Source: Marsupella aquatica (lineage: Eukaryota; Plantae; Marchantiophyta). From it: a stretch of 64,000 nt of DNA. The notes below the pieces were generated by a model. The model was not told the DNA's origin. It made no database searches and worked only from the letters and a program-made list of their open reading frames with translations. Where the stretch lies: positions 7,051,251-7,115,250 of the forward strand of contig OZ316892.1 of the NCBI GenBank assembly GCA_973895155.1, written 5' to 3'. Made by a program: the position numbers and the translations under genes. Position 1 is the first letter of the stretch. Each line of letters starts with the position of its first letter. Shown here piece by piece: positions 21,871 to 33,845 of the stretch.

Positions 21871-22062
21871 TACACGCCCCAGAGAAGAAAGATACACACA
21901 CTAAATGAGATACTAACATGCACAATAGAAGAAAGATACACCCACTAAAACTAAGATATCATTAGGCATAATAGAAGAAACATACACCTGCTAAAAGAAA
22001 GATACTAGTACATGCACTAGAGAAAAAAGACTCACACTCGAAGAAGATACACTTACACACAA

Positions 22063-22350
22063 TCTTCCTAATAAGTCATGGGGGAAGCTACTCTTAAAGG
22101 CCTATGGTCTAGAGTGAAGCCTCTAGAACATAACTCCCAATACAAACAAAATTGATAATGAGTACTTAATAAAGAGAAAACTGAAGATGAGGGTGGACAA
22201 AAAACAAGTATGAGGCAGAGATAACAAAAGTGACATTTACTCTAGATAAGACAAAACTGAAGTGAGGGTGGGACAAAAACCAGGGATGAGACAAAGATGA
22301 ACCAAAATAACATACAATTTTTTTGGTGCAAGGATTTCTTTTCTGCATAT
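22063..22350 (+). mobile_element. Short non-autonomous Helitron-like repeat copy, 3' end merged into a tandem array
   Basis: Starts A|TCTT and carries the family core CTACTCTTAA.GGCCT..GGTCTAGAGTGAAGCCTCTAGA..ATAACTCCCAATAC; aligns with 47073-47351. Confidence 0.6.
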
Positions 22351-22613
22351 CGAGGGTGGTAGAAGAAAGATACACACAGAGAGATACTCTATTTACTTTC
22401 AAGGAACGAGGGTGGTAGAAGAAAGGTACACACAAAGAGATACTCTATTTACTTTCAAGGAACGAGGGTGGTAGAAGAAAGGTACACACAAAGAGATACT
22501 CTATTTACTTTCAAGGAACGAGGGTGGTAGAAGAAAGGTACACACAAAGAGATACTCTATTTACTTTCAAGGAACGAGGGTGGTAAACGAAAGATACACA
22601 CAAAGAGATACTG
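22351..22613. repeat. 56-bp tandem repeat, ~4.7 near-identical copies, ending ~240 bp upstream of the Arc1p/AIMP1-like ATG
   Basis: Unit CGAGGGTGGTAGAAGAAAGGTACACACAAAGAGATACTCTATTTACTTTCAAGGAA starts at 22351, 22407, 22463, 22519 and 22575. Confidence 0.95.
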
Positions 22614-22856
22614 CTCTAGTACACCCACCAAAGGAAAGATACAACACACACTAGGAGAAAGATTCTGGAGGTGAGTGAGTAAGAGCAAAAAGTCAATATA
22701 CGAAATACTGTAGTGCATAGACAAGGACTACGAAGTACTGTAGTGCATAGACAAGGACACAAGAGGAAGGCAAACGGGAGAGAGAAAGAGAGAGAGGGCG
22801 AAGGACGAGGATAGTTGATCAATTTGGTCAGAGATCTACAGCGGAAGAGGCAAATC

Positions 22857-25800
22857 ATGGCCGCCGCCTTGGCACCGGAGGTTAGAAACTATGCATTTGT
22901 AGCCGGCTTCATCAATAGCTGGGCCCCTTCCTCGTCCCCCAAGGTGAGTTTCATTTTCTCTTGGGAATCAATTCAGCTGAAGCTGCCTGTATGGAAACTA
23001 GAGATGGTCAAACTTCCTTAGGACGGATGCTGAGCGAGAATGGAGCCTACTTCATGTGCCCAAAGTCCATCTCAAATGACAATTTTAGGGTTTCGCTCTC
23101 ATAGAATATCTGGGATTATTGGACGGGCCAGTTTCCTTTCTCCTCTTTCTGGATTGTGTTTAGAGCAGAGAGGATCAAATAATTCCGGGAGGATTATATT
23201 GCTTGACGGTAAAACGTTTTTTTGATAAGATGAGTTCAATGAAATAACCTAATCAGAATGTTTCCTGCTCGTTTAAAGAACCTGCTTTGCTTTGATAGCG
23301 CTGCACTTTTCTTTGCGGTATAAACTTTCACCGGTGGAGTGGGACTTAGATTTACAAGCATCTGCTAGTTCATGCAGGAGGTGAAATCTTCCGGAAGGGA
23401 GGGAGATTTGGCCACACTATGCAAAAATCTCGTCAAAAGTGCTGGGCCTACTGTTGCTGATCAACTTTATGGGAATGAAATCCGTTCACAGGTTTGTGAG
23501 ATAGACTAGAGCTGCCTCCGCTTTTCCTGCATCTGGAGTTTTTTCTGCTGCACTTATTGACTTTTTAGTTATGAACAGGTGATCCTACATATTCTTTGGG
23601 TTTGGTGTGTCGGAAGAAAAGGTCTCAAGCTCTGTTCTCCTCGATGACCACCAGGTTGATGAATGGCTGACGTTTGCGAGCGCTGCTCAAGCTGATCGTG
23701 ACCCAGTTTCTTTTTCAACACGCTGCCGAACTCTTGATACATTTCTTCTTTCTAGGGCAGTCATGCTGGGCAACGGCACCACTGCTGGTCTTGCCGACAT
23801 TGCGATATATTTATCTGTACATGACGAAGTGGTAAGATTGGGACATATTTCGTAGTTTCTCTGTTGATGGTTAGAGGGTGACCAATTAAATCCCATCCTT
23901 TTGTAGTGGAATTGTACGTTCCTAGGTAAATGATAAGGTGTCAATGCCTGGTTTAATTAAACCAAAATGCATAAGAAGTAAGGAGAGAAATATAATCATC
24001 AAAGATACAAATAATAACAAGCACTTTACGATAGTAGAGACGATTTGACAACTGAAACCCTACCTAAAGTAAACACTCTGGAGCAGATTTGTTTTTGCAT
24101 TTACGTGTGAAGAACTTGATGTTGCAATATGGATTTTGTATCCGAATTACAACCCACCAATCAGACTTCTGGCAGGCAGCGCTATCAACCGAGGAGCGGA
24201 ATTCCTATCCGAATCTTCTCCGTTGGATTGATTACGTACAGGTGCGAAAAATCGATCGGGAAGCTCTAGTTGAATATGTCATTCGTCATCTAATTTCCGG
24301 TGGAGAAGTTGCTCTTTGCTGACGGTATTTTGATTGGTTGCCACAGAATAAGAATGATCAGAGCCACGTTTACTCGTGGATTCCCGTCGTCAAACCTAAA
24401 TTTGATCCTCCCGTAAGTATCTTATTGTTTGATACTCCATTTCTCAAGTCCTTAATTTATACATGATCTCATTACTTGTTCTTACATCTCGTTAGTGTGA
24501 TTACTATAAGACTGAGTGACAATTCAGGAGATGATTGCCTCTAAGACACTTAATTGCAGCTCTAGAACACTTAATTGCAGGAAAGTGAGAGAAGGTTGAA
24601 GGGAAGGAACCATTGTCTGTGGCCGTCAGTTCGTTACTTTAAGCTCATGTTGCTGACTTAAAATTAATCTCTGATTTCTTATCTCCATTCATTATCAGGT
24701 TCCTTCAGCAGAACCAGACTCTAAGAAGGTAATAGCTACTCAGGGTGCGTCAGTGAAGGATAAAACTGCAAACGGGGCTGCTGTGATACCACCTGAGCGC
24801 AAAAGCACAGCTTCAAAGGAACAGGTACAAACTGAAGGCAGTCTCTGAACTGTTCTGTATATCCTGAGGTTTCCCTCGGCTGTTATAGGAGGTCCTTGTA
24901 TCATCCGGCCATAGATCATCAAGAGCTGTTGGACATCATGGTGCCTCACTGCCACTCTTTTCTTCTGTTCGTTGTTGAGCAGGAAGGGAAGGGAAAGCCA
25001 GATCCTTTGGCAGACAAGAAGGGGGCAAATCAAGCTGATGTGAGTAGCAGGAACTTATCCTTGACATGGATGATTAATGAAGACCATAAGAAGACAATTG
25101 CAGACCGCTTCGAAGCATATATTCATATGGTTTTCTTCCATATTGTTTTCATCTTGATCGCAGGGTACAAAGGGTAATCAGAAGGAGAAAAAGGCAAAGC
25201 CTGAGGCCGTGTCAGTTGGACAGGGGGAGACTCAAGATAATGTGAGTAGCATGGATCATGGCGCATATTGGAAGGGTGACGCTGTTTATTTTCTTTAGCA
25301 TCTTATTTGTTTCGTCGACTTCTAATGCAAGCAGCTTGTCATGCGATTTGCTACAGACTAAGGTGGTCCAGCAGAAGGAAAAGAAAGAACCTGCTCCAGC
25401 TCAGAAAGATGCGTTTGGATTAGAAATCCTGGACATTAAAGTTGGCATTATTAAGTCAGTCAAGAAGCATCCTACGGCGGACACGTGAGTATTTTACTGT
25501 TCAAGCTTGATATATCTTGTTTGGGTAGTTGTACAAACTATTCCAGGGTTGAGGAAGAATCAATAGTTAGGAGAGCCAACCTCTTGTTGTGGCATTACCA
25601 TGCCTGAATCTCAGGAAGACTTTCCAGGAGTACGAAGTGATCGTACTTCAGATCAAAATTGATATTAATGAGTCATGGCTGGCCAAACTTTTGCGGGCCC
25701 GTAAAGTAATCCTCATCCGAGAACCTGAAAGGATGACTCTGCCAAAAAACGAGAATTTGTAACTTCGTGAACTCTGCCAAATACTCCCTTCGTATCAGAA

Positions 25801-27722
25801 GGGAGTTTTTGGCCCCCAATCTAAGAACCAAATTTTCTGAACAAAATCCATTTTTGTGCTGCTAGATCGAAACTGACATGTACTTATGCTTCCTGTTCGG
25901 GAATTCCCCAATACCCTTCCTCAACTTAACAAAATCTTATTGGTCACCATAGTGCATGTAACTTCTGGCAGCAGTAGATCTTGATTATAGCCATTCCGTT
26001 TATGCGTCGTCTTGATCGCCGTGATAGATGCAACACTTTCAGAAGGCATGTTTTTATATGCACAAACATTAAGATCGAATTTGTGTTTTAAGTGGAAGGG
26101 TCTGATCTGTTTGCCTGACTTCCTTGAGAGAAATGAAGTTCCATCTACCTTCAGCAAAGATGGACTACCCAGTTCTCATTTTGTATGAATAAGTTTTTTG
26201 GGAAAAAGTACGAGAATATTTGCCCAAAACTGTTCATAGTGGCGACCACGTTTTTGTTTAGTCTTGATTTCTGACCGAAGTACTGCATCATTGCAGATTG
26301 TACGTCGAAGATATTGATATAGGAGAAGGAAGTGCAAGACAGGTTGTGAGTGGCCTCGCCAAATATCTGACAGAAGATCAGATGCTGGTTAGTACTATCT
26401 TGTCAAACTTAAAAGCATCTTTGCTTCGCAACTATCACACGTAAGGATGTTTTACACCCGAACGACAAGAATTAATGGTGATCACTTTCATATACTGGAT
26501 GTAAGAGTTATAAGAAGCGCGATAAAGATTATCAAGGGGCCAAGTTGACACTGTTGCTTTAAGCCAGAAACTAACTTGAGGAGACCTCTCAGCTACTGAT
26601 GATGTACTTGGATAAAGGAGAGCATAGGTATTTGTAGCAAAACTTCTTGATGCAAAGACTGTTAGTATAGACTATCCTTTTGGCCAGCTCTGTTGATGAA
26701 TTATGTTTGATCTGAATTGCAGAACAGGAGAGTAGTCGTCCTTGCAAATGTGAAACCAAGCAAACTGCGAGATGTAATGTCTTCAGGACTGGTAAATGCC
26801 TTGTGGCGTCAGTATAATTTTGGATGTAGGGTGTGGCTGTTGAGAAGTGCAGTCAATGTCTTCATTCAATTGTTGATCTCACAGACGGTTGGAAGGCTCG
26901 CTTACGCTTATTACGAGCCCATATGTATTATGTTTTTCGTGCAGCCTCGAAGATTTGTCTTTCACTGTATTTGGTTACTGGTTGTTTCCAGCCTGTTGGG
27001 CTTAAGATATTCTCCCCACTGAGCTTTATTGCTTGTGAATGCCTTAGGTGTTTCCGTGGTTGAATGCTTTCCGTTTTGGAAAAAACGATTCTATAAGACT
27101 GTCAAAACTGGAAACTTATCTGTGGACATTGGTATCATGTAGGTGCTGTGTACATCGAACGATGACCACAGTCAATGTGAACCTGTGATTCCTCCAATAG
27201 AGGCCAAAATAGGCGAAAGAGTCACAGCTGAGGGGTATGGTCGCAAGAGCTTAGTTTGTTTTTCTTTTGAAGCTTCACACTCACAGCAATGGATGACTAA
27301 TGTAATACACTCCAGCTCTCTTTTGTTTGGTCTTTTGAGGCAATGCAGTACCCAATTTACTCTTGGAAGCCTTACAGGGATTTTGAATGTGCAGATATGA
27401 TGGGAAACCAGAGGCAGTACTTAACCCAAAGAAAAAGCAATGGGACAAAATATATCCTGTAAGTTACGAGAGTCTGCACGTCAGTAATACACTGTATGGC
27501 TACTGGGATTATCAGACTCTTCTAAAGAAATACGATGCTTTTGAAATGGAGGCAGGGTAGTATGGCGATGTGTGGACTTTGTTGTTACTGACGATATGTA
27601 TCTTGGTCCGCATCCAGGATCTCCACACTGATGATGCAGGTGTGGCATGCTACAAAGGGAGACCTCTCACAACCGCTACTGGGCCCTGCACTTCCTCAAT
27701 AAGAAAGGGAACGATCAAATAG
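22857..27722 (+). CDS. Aminoacyl-tRNA synthetase cofactor, Arc1p/AIMP1-like: N-terminal GST-C-like domain plus C-terminal EMAPII-like OB-fold tRNA-binding domain, ~439 aa
   Basis: Fourteen exons: 22857-22943, 23378-23491, 23655-23831, 24176-24241, 24347-24412, 24699-24824, 24983-25039, 25164-25241, 25357-25484, 26297-26387, 26723-26791, 27143-27234, 27395-27458, 27618-27722 (1320 nt). Motifs: VDEWLTF, LADIAIY, YPNLLRWIDYVQ, LDIKVG.I..V.KHP.AD.LYVE.ID.GE...RQVVSGL, VVVLANVKP..LR...S.GLVLC, LNPKKK.W..I.P.L.T. Confidence 0.88.
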
Positions 27723-29754
27723 TATGGCGCACAAGCAAAAATAGTCCTGAATTGATTATCTGTCTGTGTGAATTTGTTATGCATTTACTTTCATGGCTCT
27801 TCTGGCCATTGTGAGGAAAGTGAATATGAAGTAAAGCGAGTGCCGTTTGATTCTTGTGGGAAACTGTTGATCGGGTCTTTTGCGTGGGCAGGCAGAAAGT
27901 TTTGTCAGAGGAGACTGAAACCTTCGAAGATCAATTGAGCGGGAGGCAAAAATAGAGAGATAGAGTTAATTTCTGGAAATTAGATTCTTGAAGGGCAATT
28001 ACCAAAAGAAGAAGTCATAAGCAAGAGTTAACCTGTTCTTAGTGTTCGAGGAGAATTGCAATTGTCGTAGGTGCATAGCAAATTTTGCTTTTTTGGAAGT
28101 GTTTTGGTAAATTTTTCTGTGTCATCATCTCAGTTCTACGTCTGTGACACTGAATATGGCGTGGTGGATGTCGGAAGACTGCATATAGCAGTGTGGTGGA
28201 TGAAACGAAGTATTGAGAACGATAAATGCTGTTTGTCACGCTATATCTGATCTATTGAGGCACTCTGGAGGTCCCTCAGTTCTGGGTGAGGTCAGGCATA
28301 TGAAACTTAGGTCTCATGGATTTTTTTTTTCATTTCATATGGATCGCCCTATAGCCTCTCTTCTATCTTGCAATGGAATTGGGTCGCAAAGGAACGCATT
28401 AAATAAATGTGAATGTGAAAGTGCTACTTCTTTACAAAATAGTTAGGAGTCCGTTTGATTCACAATAGCCTAGCGAATAGCTTTGATCAGACATGTCATC
28501 GTGACATGGCCATGATTTAGACAAAGCCTAATTTTTATGAACGGAAATGACACAAGATGGAGACTTGGGCCGAGTATTTTACGATGGTGAGTTCACATAA
28601 TGCAAAAGATAAAGACCATAGTAGTGAGTTCACAACGAGTTCACAACAGACTGCCGGTAAGTGGAAGTGAACTAGTGGAAAAAGGAGCAACCAAGCAGAA
28701 AATCTGAAGTCATCGAAGTTCCTAAAGAAAAAATGCAGGTTAAAGGAGGGCTAGTCAAAACAAGTCCAGGTGGTTGGTTTACTCATCAGTTTCATTGATC
28801 AACAAAATATCTCCCCCTTGCAGGAGACAGACATGATTGTTGAATTCCATAGATAAGGCGGCGGGGTTGCAAATCAGCAGGGGCTAGCTAGTCATTGAAC
28901 TGGAGGAAAGAAGACCAATGGGAGGTTCTATGGCCAGTGCTAATAACCATAAGCTTGAATTCCCATTCTTTGAATATTAATAGAATTATCATACACGAAC
29001 ATCATTTTGATATGAATAACATCTTATCCCTTCTTTCCATCCACATAAATATTGGTGGGGCCCTAGAGTCATGGTCTAGAGGTTTCACTCTCAAAACCTA
29101 GACCCCAACTCTAGCTTCTCATTGTGATTAGTTATGCGGATTTGCAGTGTAACAATTGTCCAGAGGTTTTTCTTCCTTGGTCACAAGACAACTATTTAAA
29201 TTTGATCCACTTTTTTGTCCTCATTGTTGTCTTTTTGACGGCAGGTGTCTGTTGCACTACAGAGTGTACATGCATTCTTTGTAGGGCCAAAGTGATTGGG
29301 TTTAGGGTCTCTAGAAACATTCCTCTATACTACCCTCTTATGCGCTTTACCCTAGAGTTTAACCAGGCTTGGTTTACTCTAGAGTTTAAACCAGGATTTT
29401 TAGTTTGTTGCTTAGTAGCATTTTTGTTCTCTTTGACATAGGTGACTCTTGGGCTTACTTGGCTCTTTTGTCTTCCTGACATTTTCCCGATGTTTCTCCC
29501 CTCTAATTGGGTCTCTTGCTTTTGGGATCCTGTCTCACAGTTTGACACTTTTAGTTTGGCACTTTTAGTTCAAATAGTTAACTTGGTTATCAAAATTAAA
29601 TCAGGAGAACCAATTCGAATCCTCATTGACAATCATCCTTCAGTAAGCTATTTGCCAACAAAAATTTGCAAGGACTTTGATTCACCTTTATTACTAAGGA
29701 GGAATCGGGAGGAAGGGACGATGCTTGGGAGCGGCAAAGAAACTCAAGCCAAAA

Positions 29755-29900
29755 CTGAGAACCTCAAGTCCTCATATTGGCACTCAGATGTAATAAGCTG
29801 AGAATGAGAAACCTCAAGTCCTCATATTGGCACTGAGATTTAATAGCCAAAAATGAGAAACCTCGAGTCCTCATATTGGCACTGAGATTTAATAGCCCAA
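29755..29900. repeat. ~50-bp tandem repeat, 3 copies
   Basis: ACCTC(A/G)AGTCCTCATATTGGCACT(C/G)AGAT at 29761, 29811 and 29860. Confidence 0.9.
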
Positions 29901-32900
29901 AATCTTCAACTTGATCTTTACCAACAAGTTAGTGTAAGAGGTCCATAAGGGGATGGCAAACTTGCCACACATGCAATGTACCTTCCCCCCTTGCTGTGTG
30001 CCAGTACAGTATTCAAGTTCCAACTGATTTCACAGTTTAGATCACACAAGATATTTGTTTACTTTCTTCCTTAAGTTTTATTATTTTCAGTGGTTTTTTG
30101 TGGGATGCGTGAGATCTCCGTGAGATCTACAATTTGAGCCCTATATTGCCCACATCTGTGGACGGGCAAGATCACTGCTGCATCAATCAAATGAGGATTG
30201 GGGATAGAGAGTCACAATGCAAACGGAAAGAAATGAGCACTTTGGGTAACCCGGAGTTGAAATATGGCAAGGTTTGGTTAAAAGGGAGAACACAAGGGGA
30301 AAACCCCAGCAAGGGCAATGAGCCAAAAAGCCCTAGAGCCACCACAACAGCAAAAGAACTAAAGCCCTATTTGCCTGACCTTGCATCAGTTCAAATTGTC
30401 AGCTGACCATAGGTCCAGCTTCTCATTAAATGCATGGTGTTGCCAACAACTCCAATGTGAAACCCAAGGGAGTCTCCACCATTCTGAGTTTCAATGTGGT
30501 CAAATTGCAGCCTACACGGTCTTACAAGTACATGTGAACTACGAGTGATTGCTGTTGCGGCCATGTGTTTGTGAGTTGCACAAAAGTGATGAGTTGAGGC
30601 AAAGTAGTGCACATGAGGCAATGAAGTGTTGTTGTTCCAGCCGTGCAATCATGTTTTGGTTGTAGAAGTGTCATGAATTTGGTTGGGCGGTTGTTGTTAC
30701 AGAATTGTTGTCATTCCGGTTAATGTTGTTCTGTCAAAAATGATGTTATTGGAGAAGGCAAAGGAAAGTGAGGGCAGGGGGAGCATGAGACTTTTTGGGT
30801 TTGTCAGAAACAGACTATCCTCCAGAATTGGTAATCTCAGTAATTATAGTGGTTGATGATTTTCTAGATGAATTTTCTAGCTGGCTAGACTTTCACCCAT
30901 GAACTTGCTTTGGAATGTTACGCTTGGTCTTCTCTCTTCCACACCCGGGTTTCCACATTGTGGTGTAAGTGTACGCTGCCTGGGATTTCATCGAGAAATA
31001 TAGCTTCGGAGTGGTGCTACTTCAAAGGGAGTGGTGTTCACCACACGTAGCTCCTTGTCACTCTTGCCTTCTTCCCAGCTGAATCTTTACTCCAATATCG
31101 CTATTTCCCTGCCATGACAACGTCATTCGTTTGCCTCTCTCTGACCGCTTTAAGCTATGGAGCACTGACTGCATCGATTTCAGAGCCTGTTTCTTCCCAC
31201 CAAACCGTCTCCCCCTAACCATTCCCGAGCTAATGAGGGCTCCACCAAGACTTCAAATCCTTCCGACCGCAGGAAAGGGAATGTCAGGGACACAGGAAAA
31301 AATACTAGGTCGCAAGGGAAATGCAGGAGTTTGCTTCCTTTCAGTGGTATTCAGTATCAATCTATGAAAGCTTCCGTCATTAAAACCTAGGTTGCATTGA
31401 AGATTGAATTGTCTTTGAGTTGACTGCTCAATTCTCCCATGTGGTTTTGTTATGCTCAAATTGTTTCGTGAATTGACGTTTGACTACAGAGACAATCTTC
31501 TGTTGACCAGTGAAATGTATTGATACATTGATCCTTGGCATCAGTTCAGTCATGGTTGTATCTATTCGAACACTGTGCTTCAATTTCGTGGATAGCAGAT
31601 TAGAACATTGCACATGAAATATAGAAGCAACTTGCATTCTCTGCGAACTTGCATTCTTCTTCACCTGCACCATATCTGCCCTTCTTATTGAAGATTTTGT
31701 GATTGTTTACTCCTACATCAAATTTAACTGAAGCAGGGCCTCTTGTCATCCGGCCCTGCCGCAACTAAGTATGGCTTTGCTAGGTGCCCTTTATTTCCAG
31801 GGTGTGGGCTGGGTCAATCGCCAATTGACTGAAGGTAATGGCTGGCCATTTGCCAAAAGCTGTATCACAAGTTCTGGGCGAGGCTGTACGTATGCCGCCT
31901 ACTCGGGTCACGTGGGTCGCCTGTTCACAGTTCCCTGATGATCCCCCCCCCAGAAACGCTGGTCATGAGATCGGGGGCAAGGAAGTACCAGTGATTCAGT
32001 AGAAGAGAAGAGAAGAGATTGTGGGCACTAGAACTAGAATTGTTTTCTCTGACGTCGACGAAAAGAACTTTGTGACTTTTGACATTTCTGGCAAGATCTG
32101 TAGGCCAATGTGAGATCTTCAAAAAGTGTGGTTGAATTTTACTTAAGGTACTTTCTATGCTCGAGTCAGATTCCAGGTCATTCCGATGTCATATGGAGTA
32201 CTTCGCTTTCCCAACTCTATTTCCGCAGTGCTGACAAGGCAAGTGAAGCTGAGGAATTCTTCCCTCAGCTCACATCAATAATCAATTGTTGCCCTCAGAC
32301 GCACATCTAAGCCGAGGGTGAGGAATCATTTGCTCATACGTGAGTGGCTGGCTAAGGTGGTTTGACGTGGGGCCCCTTGCCAAAATGTGCTTGGACCGCT
32401 GGAAAGGCTAAGAATAGGTGGACAGGGCTAGCTCGGTCAGATTTGCCCAACCCACCCCGATTACTGTAGAACAAGATGATGCTTGGGAATCTTGAATGGC
32501 AAATGCGTGGGAACAGGTACCGTCTCCAACCAGTTTGTCGAAGCAGGCGAACCCAAGAAATTGCACTCTGCTTGCATCTTCAATACTGACGTTTAAATAC
32601 AGCAAGGTTGCATCAAATCGTGACCAATGACCTGCAGAGTACACGACAGTTATAAATTTCTTCTTGCAAAATGCAAATGAGCACACGTCTTGCAGGCGTC
32701 GGATTGCAAAGGATCGACTCAATTAGTAGAGGCTACAATTTTAGTACAATAATGTACTTCTCGCCTAAAAGAGCCTTCGAAATTTTCGATTTTCCAGATC
32801 CCCGTCGGATTAAATTTCAATAATCGTGGCACGAGTGGTGGAAGTTGCTGCTACACATTCCCAGGTGAAATCAAAGGTTGTGCCAGTAATGCAAACTTTT

Positions 32901-33845
32901 GTGACACCGGTGAGAGGTCAGAATTAATGCAACCCGGTGTTCAATTTTCTAACTGAATGCTTGGTCTGTGCGGCTCATCATCATCTGCCAGTTCTAAGTC
33001 AGGAAAGAATAGCATAACGATGATGTCCTCCGGGTCGACCAACGGAGAACTTATAACCAGAAGACTCAGACGAAGATGGGCAGATTTTTGGAAGCACTTA
33101 GAACGCGAAAGAGTAAGGTTTATTTTAAGGAGTGCACACCTGTAAGAAACCAATCACCTCCACGGCGAGGTCAGGAGGATGTAGTGATAGAGAATCAAGG
33201 ATTTGTCTAACACCCCAGCCCCACTCCTCGAGGACAACCCCCTAGGGAATACTGCCCACTTAACCCTTTCACTCCCCCTTTTACCCAGGTGAGAAACGAT
33301 GTTGCTTAACATAATACATGACAGTTGTCGGTTGGCTGAGATGTTACCCTGTGATGTAAAAATAATGGTACCAACGTACCTATCTTCAGGTTCCTACTCT
33401 ACAAAACGTTCAGGTCCAACTTCGATACATCCTAACTTCCCGACTCCCTCTTAACGGCAGCCACACAACAACGCAAGCTGCTTGCTGCAATTCAGATCTT
33501 TCAGTAATGTTTAGAAAGATGTTAGGAGGAATACATAAAGTACATTGTTCAGCTCCAATGTGAACGACCGAGCTCAAGTTCTAATCTCTCGACTGCCACC
33601 TGTGTCAAAGGACGACGAAGAATCTTTTCTCAAGAGCTGATTGAAAGTGCAATACAGCCCCGTTGGAAGTACAGTCACTCCTTCTGGTGGCTCAGCTCAT
33701 CCTTAATACAGCCAGATGGAATACTGTCTTGACATACTTGAAGGGAGTCCCACGCGTACGTGAACTTCATGTAAGACAAGTTGAGAGCTCAAAACCTCCT
33801 CTGGCTTCGACAGAATTGTTTCCACTTCTGGATGTTGGCCCACAT

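Noticed and set aside
22351-22613. 56-bp repeats as a CRISPR-like array
   Set aside because: Head-to-tail identical units without spacers; a minisatellite.
28000-33100. Hidden protein-coding gene between the Arc1p/AIMP1-like gene and GPT
   Set aside because: Only short ORFs without recognisable motifs or a consistent exon chain; a noncoding transcript cannot be excluded.
33735-33752. miR319/159-like TGAAGGGAG motif
   Set aside because: Only a 9-nt core matches and no precursor hairpin is visible.
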